NCBI RefSeq assembly: GCF_964204645.1
Contig: NC_134029.1
Location: forward strand, 3,968,001 to 4,032,000
From: Tubulanus polymorphus
Lineage: Eukaryota; Animalia; Nemertea
Direction of reading: 5' to 3'
DNA: 64,000 nucleotides
The notes beneath the pieces were generated by a model. The model was not told the DNA's origin, ran no database searches, and was given only the letters and a program-made list of their open reading frames with translations. This document shows, in pieces, positions 12,145-25,388 of this stretch. The stretch's first letter is position 1; each line of letters starts with the position of its first letter. The translations under genes were made by a program, and so were the position numbers.

Positions 12145-14386
12145 TTACCCGATATTGTCCCAGCTGAGAATGACTGAACCCTCCGTTGGTAAAATGACGT
12201 CGGGCTCGTGCGGAGACGGCTTCATGCATTTATAGGACGGCAGTAAACATATCGCAGCGATCATCATTGTAGCACCGCCGACGTAAAACGACACGTCATA
12301 ATCTAATGTCAAATCGAATAGCCAACCTGAAAATAGAGACATAGTGATGACAAATCGATCCCGTATGGATCAGAAAGATACTCATTCAAGAAAAGAACAT
12401 ACCTGCTACTGGTCCTCCTAGCAGAGTTCCTGTTCCTTCGTAGACCAGCAAACAACCATAACCTACGGCTAAATGATGGATGTCCAGGAACTTGATCACC
12501 AAGTCAGGCATGTAAGATCCAATGCAACCAGTGAAAAACCCAAAAAGGATGGATAATACGATTAACACAGTGTAAGATGTTGCGAACGGCATCACGATTG
12601 TAGCAACCCCTCCAACGAATGTTGCACAAGCGTACGCTAGAATAACGTTTATTTTAGGGTGGTGCCCTAACAAACCGAAGAATAAACGTCCGGCGAAATT
12701 CGCCAGACCCAAGTACGAAAATAACAAGGCACTGGTGTTATCGTCTTGAATGTCGAGTTTGATTTTTGCGAAGTTTGAAAGATGGCCGTAGACTACTGCC
12801 ATTCCGAAAAGATACAGTAGATTGTTCAAACTCAGCAACAGGTAGCGCTTTTTGATGAGGATGTGATGATTGAATAATGAATTACTGTTGGATTGGATAA
12901 GTTTTTTGTTTATGTTTTCATCGCGTTCGTCTTTTGGTGATGGAAGCATGAACATTGAGAAGACAATTATGTTCAAATTGATGCCAGCTAGCACGAGTAA
13001 AGAGCCGCGCCAACCGTAAAGTTCGACTAAAAATCGAATGAGCCTAGGAAATACGAATGAGCCAGCTCCACATCCACTGCACGCGATACCGATAGCGAGC
13101 GTTCTGTGACGGTCAAACCATGACCCAACAGCAGTTATTGAGGGTACATAGGCGATCCCTATACCCAAACCTGCAATAGATGGTTTAAACAATGTTAACA
13201 TGTATTTATGTTGATAAGAATCTGCCTAACATTGATGGCCAAATTACCTGTTAATATCCCGAATGTTGCATAAAGGTGATATATGGAGGTAGCGAACATA
13301 CTCATCGTGAGTCCTAGTGAAGCGAGCAGTGTACCAGCCACCATCATCGGACGATAGCCGAATCTATTCATCATCACGCTGCCCAGGGGACCTGAAGAGT
13401 ATAGAATACAACCTTAGGAGTTAGAATAAAATGACGGTACCGCAAGACCGCTGTAAGATAGCCTACAGAATTCTCCCGTTCGCACACGGGAACCTGGTGA
13501 AAAATCTGATCCTCTCCCATTCGGATGTGATCGGGTTACTTTACTGTCCGATTCACATAACACCGGTCGAAATAGTAAGTTTATACTTACTCCAGGTGTA
13601 ACGTGATTCATCTACGTATCTGTTAATAATTCATTGTGATTAAAAGTTTTCCCGAAGGAAAACCCGTCACCCGGGTGAATCATTCATTTATACTTCATTT
13701 CTTTCACATCTAAGAGGAATATAAGCTTGTTTGGTTAACACTGTCTTTCATTCTGTGCCACAAACACCTCCATCCCCATCTCTTCTATTCGTCGACAGCC
13801 CGTTGGGAGGTGTTTGCAAATGGTCTCCTGAAAATTTATTCTCTGTTTAATTACTCGAGTCGCAAAGATGAAATGACACTGTAACTTCGCCCTGCACGTG
13901 GAAACTGAGCTGGAATGATCAAGATGTAAAGAAAAACCTATAATGTAAAAATTCAGTACTTTTTGGAAAGTCCCTGACCTGCAAAGATCTGCTGAATAAA
14001 TTAACAAATCAGGTAGAAAATAGACGAGTTAGTTTACCTGAGAAATAGACAAATGATACTTGGATAGCGCCGATCCACGATGTTGCCCCAGCGTCTTGTT
14101 GAAATTCTTCGAGGAACACGACGTAATATACACCGACTGACCAGCAGACGCCGTATATGAGGAAATGACAGAAGAACGAAGAGACCATCACGAACCACGA
14201 CCAACTTGTCTCGATTGATGACATCTGAGAAGTCGTAGATTGTTTTCTTTTCTCATTATCATTATCAGCACCACTCGGTTGTGTTTGAGGTATTAGCGGT
14301 ATGCTCGAAATTTTCCTAACACCATTCGCCATCATTTTTGTGTATTCGGGAGGGGGTTCCTCCAAGAATTGCTCGGACGTTCGCAT
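12145..14386 (-). CDS. Monocarboxylate transporter (SLC16/MCT family, MFS), paralog A, about 480 aa
   Basis: Exons 14038-14386, 13248-13391, 12403-13170, 12145-12326 (1443 nt, in frame). Motifs: TSWSWFVMVSSFF, ATSWIGAI, GPLGS..NRFGYR, WFDRHRTLAIGIACSGCGAG, YGWRGSL, GGPVAGWLFD. Confidence 0.93.
13564..13736. repeat. Near-identical ~170-bp block in intron 1 of both MCT paralogs (copy A)
   Basis: Aligns almost base-for-base with 20737-20905, while the remaining intron-1 sequence is largely unrelated. Confidence 0.9.
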
Positions 14387-17300
14387 TTTCTGTTTCACTC
14401 CGCGAGAACTACTGCTATAAACAGAACTCGAATAAACTGGTTTAAACCGGCTGGCAGTGGAGTAGCGTCGTGAAATTGTTTGCAAGCGGGACCAATGCGC
14501 TTATAGTACAGCTGTTAGAAACAACCCTGGAGCATTCATAGGTTACGATTGAATATGAAATAACCCGAGGGTATTGAGGTCAACCATAATTCGAGCTTGC
14601 ACATAAAAAGATAAATCTTCACGAATGGTTTAGATGAAAATAATGAAAGTTTTAGCGCTACAATGAAGGCTTTCTTGAGAAGGTTTGCAATAAAAATGCA
14701 CGTAGATAAATACTTCAATGTATTCGTTTTTTATCACTTTTCTACCTGTGAATCTGCAAAGACCTTTCATCGACCCCGATACCATGATAACGTGTATGTA
14801 ACACGTATATTAATGTGTACATACGAATCGTTTAAAAATGAATAGAATTTCTTCGGCGTGGTCAGTGTAGTCAGGGTGTATTTATCATAATAAGTTTTCC
14901 TCTCACATTACAGGACAGGTGAGCAAATTACGAAACCATTTACATGATTAAGGAACTATTCGCTTCAAACGCAGCAAACGCTTTTTATTCAACATTCATG
15001 ATATTCTAACTCAAATTAAGATTTTTAATTGTCATCCATAGTATCTAAAATTCATCGAAAATCACGGCGAACCTTGAATAAAACTATTTTTTAAATTTTG
15101 TATGTAATTTCTAAAACATTTGTATCGGCGATGTTCGTTTTTTATGATATTTATCTATAATTTCCCTTAAGACGATAACATAACAGGATAGGCCTATACA
15201 TATATTGGTTCAGGTTTTTCGTTTATTCTTTAGAATGCTGAAAAAAACAAGACATCATTAATCAACCTCAGATTAACCGCCATGAGGCTCAGAGTCGCCG
15301 GACAAAATAGAGAATGAAGTTCAGTTCAGAAAAGCTTGACCCCCCCCCCCCATAATGGCGCCCCCATTGCGCGCCATTATGCAATAATAATAATAAAAGT
15401 AATCATGATAATAGTGTCAGTCATCTCTCATTGGGTACCATCCGAGCAGCTCCTGCGCGCTTTGGAGTCATCTATCAGGCCAGGTCTGGTTGAACGCAGC
15501 GCAATGAACCAAATATGCAACAGGGACGTACCCCACGACCTTTCATTTTATATTCCGAACTACAAATGTTGTTAATTCAGCCGAATATTCCAGATTTATT
15601 TAAAATTAACAAAGTTAATTAATTATACGGTAGACGCTATTCCTTGTTTAGAACTCCGGAGAAGCCGGTTCCATTTGAGTTTTTTGAGATATATAGATAT
15701 TGGAAACGTTGAATAATCCTCCTCAGCAATCTGAATACGATACTCTGGCATGACTTCCTCTAGATTGCGAAACGCAAAAAAACACAGATACAACATTTTT
15801 TGGTCAAAAATATTTATTCAATAATATTGATTATCATCAATCAACGATATACTTGTATATTTGTCGGATACATTACACATTATATACATATGTACACGGA
15901 TAGCCTAGAACAGTTAAGTGTGTAACGATTACTGATCTCAAAAAAGAACTATGTAATGAAAATACAATATTTATAAAACGTAATAAACTTCTTACATATA
16001 TGAATTCGAGTGGAAAATTTACCAAAGGCGCCACTAGATTGCGAGACCTACTTCACATTTAAAACTTTACAACGAACAAGAAAAATTAACCATGCATTTA
16101 TAGAGTTTAAAAAAAATGTGTGAAAATATATATTATTTAGTATCTACAAATAATCTAGTCTTACGTTTCTATAGTCATGTCTGCTCAGATCATTTTAAAG
16201 ACGTATTCACAAAAAAAAAAACATTTTTACAAACCGTGCACGTAACCTCTATGTTAAGCAAATAAATCGAGGCAGTACTTTGGGCACTGTTAATGTATAT
16301 GAAGCGAGCAAATCTTACCGTAGATTTAAATCGTCGATAAAAGGGACGAATTAACCTAGTGTCACCAGCTAATGGCAATCATTTCCACCAGAGTAGATCC
16401 TATTTTTATTTTTCTAAATATTTTCTTGAGAAAAATGAGAAAACATTGATTGCTTCGCAGCTTTAGTTTTTTTTTTACAATTGCAACTATTCCACACATT
16501 ATATATTCCATTCCTTCCAATTCACTGTTTTTTCAATTTCTTTTTAGAAATGAACAGATCCAATATGATACCTGTACAATTCTCCTCGATTACATTCATG
16601 ACTCATCACCAATTTGAATGTATTTGTCATTTGAACGCATCCGTTCACGAAGTAACACAAAATGAAAGCCAATTGGTAATCAGTTCACGATATAAAAATA
16701 TATACCGTATTTACATTATATTGTATAAAATGCTGCAGTAACAGGAGATTCTTTGCGCCATCAACGCCGCCAATAATCTATACATAACAACCGCTCAAAC
16801 ATGATCAAAAGTGAGATATCCATAGTGTAATTACCTGAAAACCCTTAGTACCTGAAAAAGTCGATATCACTGATATTCAAATGAATCAAACTACCTACAC
16901 AACAGCTTTCGATCCCGAAGTTATAATGGAATTTCATCGACTGTGGATCCGATGCTGGAACCGGTTTCCCAGTCTCGAGTTGAGCGTTTATTCTGATAGG
17001 TTCATTCGAAATAGAGTCAAATTTCAACCTGATTGAAACTTGGTTCTGATTCTTAGCACATTTTCTACATCTAAGCATTAATTATCAAGCACGCATCGTT
17101 CTTTTTTAAATGCTCACTGCATTCATGTCAGTAACAGGTGAGCAGTCTTTTAATATAATAAACCAGCTGTTTCATAACAGCATATACATGTACACACATA
17201 TATGGCAATTGAATATTATGCATAGGGCATATACAATACGAAACACTGTTGTTTTGAAAAATAACTGTATAAGCACAAGCACCAGTATGTGCAAATATCC

Positions 17301-18208
17301 AGTTCTTTTTCTATCAGTTGTATATGATAAATGATAATGGTAACAACAATAATAACGATTAAGATAATATTTATCATTTTACTGGCATCAATTGCAAGTT
17401 TGAACCTACGGAAAATGTCCAAATATTCGAATGAGATTCATCAACAAGAAAAAAATGATGATCACAAAAGATACTCTAGTAACATAGATAACGTAATTGA
17501 TGACGCATCATCACAGCAGAATAATAAACTGACGAGAAAAAAAACGTCAGCGCTATTATGTCGTATTGTGTTGCATCAGTTTTGAATGGCACCGCGTGTA
17601 GAATGAAGACTGGTTGGCGGTGGCCGGGTGCAATAAAAGCCATTTTATTCGCTCATACAGGAGACTGCTCGGCGTTTCTAAAAAAAGCAAACACAAAATT
17701 CTTATGTAAATATGAGTCAATTTCGTGGGATATACTTTTTATTTTTTACTACGTGTAATATGCAATCGTATATCACCGCGCATGTTATTTCGTTCCGTGC
17801 ATTTCAAAGGCTATTCAAAGTTATTCAAGATGAACCGAGTTTTACGTGTTTACTATGAATAAACGGTCTCGAGCTGTAATGCACTTTCACAAATTCAATC
17901 TACCGATGAATAAATTACGAAGCCAATGGTAATATCTAACGAGGTTTCACGATCTATATTATTCTAGGTTTTGGAAGAATTATTATCTGGGTCAATTTCG
18001 TCATTAATTCAAATACTGTGCAATTTGTGAAAATTATGTTGTTCTCGGGACATATGTTACAGTTATAAAAATTCCACTTGCCAATTAGTAATTAATTATG
18101 TATGAAACAGCTTTAGAAAATGGATAGAATCTTTCTTATTTGATCTATCTTCGTAAATGATGGCGATTATACTCATAAGGGAGGTATAGAGTCAGATTTC
18201 CGTAATGC

Positions 18209-21200
18209 CTACCCGATATGCTCCCAGCTGAGAATGACCGATTTTTCCGTCGAAAAAACGGCGTCGGGTTCGTGCGGAGACGGCTTCATGCATTTATAGG
18301 TCGGTAGCAGAGAGATCACGGCGGCTATCATTGCAGCACCGCCGACGTAAAACGACACGTCATAATCTAATGTCAAATCGAATAGCCAACCTGAAAATAG
18401 AGAGATAATGATTCGTATGCTTTTTTCAAAATAGGAATGTCGAGAGGCAATCCAGTGTATGACTATTCTAAAAAAGTGGTCTATTAAAAGCCAATTACCA
18501 CAAACACTCTTGACGTCACTCGACAGAATGTCAAAAGTCAATATCAATATCAAGTAATGTTTAGACCTTAAATATCGCTGATTGAGGGCTTTCAAAGCAA
18601 TAAGTTTTTTATGCGTTTGATTGTGTCATATGTACTGAATTCGATAACATGACAAACTTACAAATTCCAATCACGATCAAATATATCTCACTATTTTGAC
18701 GGTAACAATTTACCCATATATTATATTACTGTAATCGACTTGGAATTTTCCTCATTCGATGCATTTTAGTATAAACAAGTGTTCAATTTTCATTGAAAAT
18801 CATCAGTTATAAGCTTTTTCAAATTCATAAATCATCATCAGAATGGTAGCTATGAATGAGGGCTAGTTAATCATCCATCATGTTGTGAATCAAATGAAAA
18901 ATCCAGGACCTGTTTAGAAAAAAACCATCGAGCCCTGGGTGGTTGCGTGGTCTATCAAATTGAGGACGAATATTAGAAAAAAACAAGTCATTAATACAAA
19001 TGGTACCACCAGCATGACGAGCCTAATATCTAATAATACATGCACACATTAACAAATGATTCGATCAAATGTCAATTATACGATGTAATGTACATTTAAT
19101 GAGAGCTCGGTAAAATCCTTTTTAGCTTATGAATTAATATGCATCTATTCAATACATATAGGAGCAAGTTCGCCGTATATAACGTGATCATGACTTTATG
19201 TCTACATCAACATCTACTAACTAGATTTGATAAATTCTTAAATTTGTGTCACTTTCAAGTCATAAGGAATTTGAATTTATTTGGTAATGATAAACTGTGA
19301 CAATGGAAATCTATATGAATATATGAATTTTCATAATTTGTTAATGCATACATTTTGCCAAAATATGAGCCACCTAATACCAATCAAGTTGTAGATTGAG
19401 CTCCACGTGGAATCCTCAAGTTTTCAATGTCATACATACCTGCTACTGGTCCTCCTAGCAGAGTTCCTGTTCCTTCGTAGACTAGCAAACAACCATAACC
19501 TACGGCTAAATGATGGATGTCCAGGAACCTGATCACCAAGTCAGGCATGTAAGATCCAATGCAACCAGTGAAAAGCCCAAATACGACGGCTAATACGATT
19601 AACACTGTGTAAGATGGTGCGAACGGCATCATAAACGTAGCTATCCCTCCAACGAATGTTGCACAAGCGTACGCTAGAATAACGTTTATTTTAGGGTGGT
19701 GCCCTAACAAACCGAAGAATAAACGTCCGGCAAAATTCGCCAGACCCATATACGAGAACAACAAGGCACTGGTGTTATCGTCTTGAATGTCGAGTTTGAT
19801 TTTTGCGAAGTTTGAAAGATGGCCGTAGACTACTGCCATTCCGAAGAAATACAATAGATTGTTCAAACTCAGCAACAGGTAGCGCTTTTTGATGAGGATG
19901 TGATGATTGAATAATGAGTTGCTGTTGGATTTGATGAGTTTTTTGTTTCTGTTTTCATCGCGTTCGTCTTTTGGTGATGGAAGCATGAACATTGAGAAGA
20001 CAATTATGTTCAAATTGAAGCCAGCTAGCACGAGTAAAGAGCCGCGCCAACCGTAAAGTTCGACTAAAAATCGAATGAGTCTAGGAAATACGAATGAGCC
20101 AGCTCCACATCCACTGCACGCGATGCCGATAGCGAGCGTTCTGTGACGGTCAAACCACGACCCAACAGCAGTTATTGAGGGTACATAGGCGATCCCTATA
20201 CCCAAACCTGCAATAGATTGTTTAAACAATGATAACATGTATATATGTTGGTAAGAATCTGCCTAACATTGATGGCCAAATTACCTGTTAATATCCCGAA
20301 TGTTGCATAAAGGTGATATATGGAGGTAGCAAACATACTCATAGCGAGTCCTAGTGAAGCGAGCAGTGTACCAGCCACCATCATCGGACGATAGCCGAAT
20401 CTATTCGTCAGAACGCTGCCCAAGGGACCTGAAATATTAAAATCAACACCTGTCAATATTAACAGGTAAAAAATATCGGGTTCATTTTTGCCTTGGTGAC
20501 CAATCTGTGGCGATTGGAAAACTCTGGGTGGGACCACTTATTCTGTGGTGTGCCATATACTTAACTATTGAGCAAAAATCACTTTTTCAAGTCGTGAATA
20601 TATCTTTGAAAATGTCATATGACACACGCAGAATAAATGGAATGGTCGACAGAAATACGGTGTTAAAGTCGCGACTGGGTCCTCTTGTATGCTTTACCGT
20701 GTGATAAATCCTACTATGATCCGTCCAAAAAAAATCCGTTCGAAATGGTAAGTTTATACTTACTCCAGGGGTAACGTGATTCATCTATCTGTTAATAATT
20801 CATTGTGATTAAAAGTTTTCCCGAAGGAAAACCCGTCACCCGGGCGAATCATTCATTTATACTTCATTTCGTTCACATCTAAGAAGAATATAAGCTTGTT
20901 TGGTTTTAAACGCTGTCATCTGGTCTAGGATAGGGAGGACCTGTGTCATCGCCAACAATCTTGGAACATCTACACCGTCAGCCAGTAGGGAGGCGTTTGG
21001 TTTAATGGATAGGTTTTCTGAAAATTTAACGTCTGAAAGATTAATGAAGGTTCCATAGCTCGCTTTGGGTGACAGAATTCATGGTGAGGTGGTCGTGTCA
21101 GAATTCCCGCTGGAAGAGATAAAGAAAGAAAACTGTTTAAAGCATCGCATCACAGCAGTTATAAGTGCGGTTATAGGATAAAGCCTGTGTTATAAGGCAA

Positions 21201-21720
21201 TTATCTGCAATTGAAATCAGATTTACATATTACTTTCTGGAAAACGCTCACAAAATGTTATACCATCTACCCAATTCCGACGAGTCAATCATGAGGTTTA
21301 AGTGCAAAGCGCGTGTTTTCGAAAAAAAAAAACAAGCTACATAACCCACCATACTGCAATTTTTTTACCTGAGAAATAGACGAATGACGCTTGGATAGCG
21401 CCGATCCACGATGTTGCCCCAGCGTCTTGTTGAAATTCTTCAAGGAACACGACGTAATATACACCGACTGACCAGAATATACCGTACAAAAGCAAATGGC
21501 AGAAGAACGAAGAGACCATCACGAACCACGACCAACTTGTCTCGATCGATGACATCTGCGAAGTCGTGGATTGTTTTCTTTTCTTGTCCGAAGTGACCGC
21601 ATCACTCGTTTGTGTTTGTGGTATAAGAAGTTTGCTTTGCGACAGATTTGCCGGATGTCCGTTTCCGTTCATAACGGGAGGAGTCGAGGGTACCTCCAAT
21701 AGTTGCTCCGATTCTGCCAT
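18209..21720 (-). CDS. Monocarboxylate transporter (SLC16/MCT family, MFS), paralog B, about 481 aa
   Basis: Exons 21369-21720, 20285-20428, 19440-20207, 18209-18390 (1446 nt, in frame). Exons 2-4 are the same sizes as in paralog A and the TM core is near-identical. Acceptor TTCTTGTAG lies just upstream of the ATG, implying an upstream UTR exon. Confidence 0.93.
20737..20905. repeat. Near-identical ~170-bp block in intron 1 of both MCT paralogs (copy B)
   Basis: Aligns with 13564-13736. Confidence 0.9.
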
Positions 21721-23847
21721 ATCCGATCTACAAGAAAATCCCCAGCTAAGTGTGAATAACCTCTCTGGCTATTTTTCGCACGAAGCGACAGCGACCAGAC
21801 GGATTGTACTTATGAATATACCTTTATGCGTATATGGCATAAAACCACGGTCTAGAGCACCGTATGGCAGCGCGCATAATAAATAATAAATTTCATTATG
21901 TACTGGCCCTTTCATGAATTATGCATACGAATCAGGCAGTATTTAAAATGCTAACCGACAAAGACATCCCCTATAAATTCTAATTCTAATTCATTGAGGA
22001 CATAGGTAGGCGGCTGTTGCGTGTATACAACTAGTATCAATAGTTACGACTATAGCCTGATAAATTAGTTAAACTAATTAATCAGGCTGAAGATGGCATC
22101 ATGTTATATGATCAGGATCGTTTTTTTTCTTCTCTAAGTTGGAGAATAACTTCACGAAGTCTCGTAGCAGTGAAAACTAGAAGCAAAGTTTTAGAAATTG
22201 AGAGAGACACTATGGGGGTTTGGTTCATAACTCGAAAAATATAATATAAAACATTTACGTAAAATTGGAAACAAGCCAAAAAATAAAGATAAAGAATATT
22301 GCTAGGATTCAATTTCGATGTATTTAAAGAATAAAAGATTAGCCCGTCGACAGATTCACTTGAAAAAATAAAAATGAAAAGAAATCAAACGTATATGCTA
22401 TAGCCTTATTTAGAATGGCATTTCAACGAATTCATAAGCAGAGGAACAGCTTGCTAATGAAAATATCTTATTTTCTATCAAACTATACTAACATATTTGA
22501 AATGGAGCAACGAAAACCGGTTTTTATTGATCAAATTAGATTTATTTTCGTTTCATTTTGGGTCAGCGCGTCATGAGTGACATGTGAATTTGAATAAGAA
22601 TAAGAATTGTAAGAATGTTTTCTAATATCCCTCAATACAAACAGGGATAAATCATCTTCTAGATTCAATAAGGTATCCCTCCTCAATTATTATCATGCTC
22701 CGAAGAAACGTAAATATACGCTCGGCGTATCGTGGGGGGCAAGTATTCGCTTTCATTCTGAAGCATTCGGCATATCGAAAAATGTATGTTGTCGTATAGC
22801 GCGAAAGAATTTTTCAGTGGTTGAGTCACCGAACCATCACAATCAAAATCTTAGTTATTAACCTATAATCCTAACTCAGAAATGTTCGTTTTGAAAAGGC
22901 ATTCAAGGACTAAACTGACTCATGCTCGCACCTGCTTTCTCGAAGCACTGTATTGTAAAATACGAAAGATTTCAAAGCGACTTTTTATGTATTGTATGCA
23001 TATAAGCATATACGTCTTGATATGTGGCAAAATCTGTCATAGAAATCTTTACACAACAGCTGGTTTTCAATCACCGTACCTTAAACAAGTACATTAATAC
23101 TGGAAAAATCTCAATTTTCTGACATTCAATTGTTGCTCGGATGTTACAAATATTTCGTTTATTTTCAGAAACGAATAGGCCTACAACATGAAAAGGCAAA
23201 TTCTAGATTTCTTCACCAGCGAGTTCCATATAACTTGGGATTAGCATGTATTTTAGACAACTCGCGAAGTTGTTAAGTTGTTCGTTTATCTCCCATATAA
23301 GCGCGCCGTTTTAGATTTCTTTGCAAGTGAACGCACGCTGTTCGCGTTAGCGTTGAAAAAGTTTCTCGAAGAGAAAGTTTCTTTTTTTTCACCCGTTGAT
23401 GTTATCGCGTGGTTCCCATCTGATAATACCTCGATGCTTTTAAATGTGTTTCCTGTGAGCGGGGAAGTTTGAGGGCATCGCCCAGTGTGAGCGACGATTC
23501 TTTTTGACACATGATAATAGTGTCGTAATAAAAAGCGGATATTTCTAAACCGGATTTCCTACGAAAATGATTTTTAACGGACTATAAAACCCACATCGAG
23601 TACTTACACCGTCCAATAAAGAAAATGTACTATTAGGCATTAATAGCAGATTGAACTTTGCATAAGCCTCGTCTCCGCATTTAAACATGTATAATATGTA
23701 TAGGCCTACATTTCTGCAATAACGGATGGACGCTGGTTTAATCAATTGAAATTGTAAAGGATTTCCTGGGTTGATGTTCAATACCCAACCACTGCTGGTC
23801 GAATCGACCTAACGCTTACCCGGATTTCGCGCACTGTACGGTATTGC

Positions 23848-23861
23848 GTTTCCATGGCAAC
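23848..23861. promoter_or_regulatory. RFX X-box motif
   Basis: GTTTCCATGGCAAC matches the X-box consensus GTTNCCATGGNAAC. Confidence 0.6.
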
Positions 23862-24969
23862 AGTTTGTATGATCGCGTTAATTCATTGGTGATTATCTTA
23901 TATCATTGAATCAAAGGATAAATCAAATTCAGACTCATATTCACATTCTTCAATTCTGTATATCTTTGTCTATTTCATTTCCAAGATTTTAATGTATGCA
24001 GTTGCCTAAGGTGAAAACGCCTAAGAGTTCAAGGGCACACCATTGCGAAGAACAACCTTCGTATCATCCGTCACCAGGGAGTCATGTTGCTGTCTTGTGC
24101 TGTGAAATCAACGCCATTTTGAAGAGCGAGGCGAAATATGATAGAGTTTCAATCGCCTAATAAAAAGGGATTCATATATCTCATAAGCTTATATCAATTA
24201 TATAATTCAGCTGTGCGACTGCCATATCAATTTACTATATCGAATATTTAGTATTAGGTGATATCAATTACTTGATATTTCATAATGTATCGGATAATGA
24301 ATATTTCATCGACTATGTATACTCTTAACAAATTCAACTGACAAAAATGAATTTGAAAATGTAGGCCGGTAATTGACCACAATCACGAGACATAGTCCAA
24401 AGCAAAAACGCTTTCATTTGCCAGTATTATTCGTGGAGATCTTTAGGGGACGCCTAGTTGGTGATAAAACGAAAAGATGATCAGTCGAAATTTTGCAATT
24501 GGAAAACACCTAAAAACTATACGCTATAATAAATAAACTATAATGATCATACGTACAATAAATCACCTACCTAGAGTAAAATGTGCTTTGGATAATCTTT
24601 GAAGTGATTAAAGACCTTTGTTTTCGGATTTTCGTCTGGCTTTTTTTTCGTGTTTTGCTACAGCTGAAATCCTTCTTCCGTTCCCAATAACCAAGCCAAA
24701 CTCGTCAGTATTTTCATTTTATCGTAAGAATTTTATTTGCCCCCAATGGCGTTGTTCTTATGTATTCTGCGCATTAACTGAACGCGAAATGCTTGTCGAC
24801 AACAAGAGAACTGACGTGCGATCGGTTGGCTTCAGTTTAGCGCGCCGTGCGCTGTTGTGTGTGCCAACTGGTTCGAACTGGATTGAACTGGTTGAGCATA
24901 CATTAGTGATGGCATAAACCGGTAGAAATACAAGAAAACTGTTTAAACACACTATTCTACTGTCATACC

Positions 24970-25000
24970 TAGTCAGGTGGATATATATATATAGTCAGGT

Positions 25001-25086
<86 letters not shown>
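24970..25086. repeat. (AT)n microsatellite with duplicated TAGTCAGGTGG(AT)n head
   Basis: About 40 AT units, preceded by two copies of TAGTCAGGTGG. Confidence 0.95.
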
Positions 25087-25088
<2 letters not shown>

Positions 25089-25315
25089 AAATATCAATTT
25101 AGGCTTTCGCCAAAGGAGAACTTGATTTAAAACAATAAATTTGGAGATCACAATAAATTCGAAGATCACAATAATTCCATATTATGCTTTATTTGAAGTT
25201 GCGTCATTTCTACCAATTTACAAAAGCTTAAAAACAATGCAGCAATGAGAAACATGGAAGACGTACATTGGAAAAATGCAACAATGTGAAAGAAGAAAAT
25301 TGTTGGTTAAGGAAA

Positions 25316-25388
25316 AGGTTTCGGCGGGGCTCGAACCCGCGACCTTCTGCGTGTGAAGCAGACGTGATAACCACTACACTACGAAACC
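25316..25388 (-). tRNA. tRNA-Val (CAC)
   Basis: GGTTTCGTAGTGTAGTGGTTATCACGTCTGCTT-CAC-ACGCAGAAGGTCGCGGGTTCGAGCCCCGCCGAAACC folds to a full cloverleaf with A and B boxes. Confidence 0.93.
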
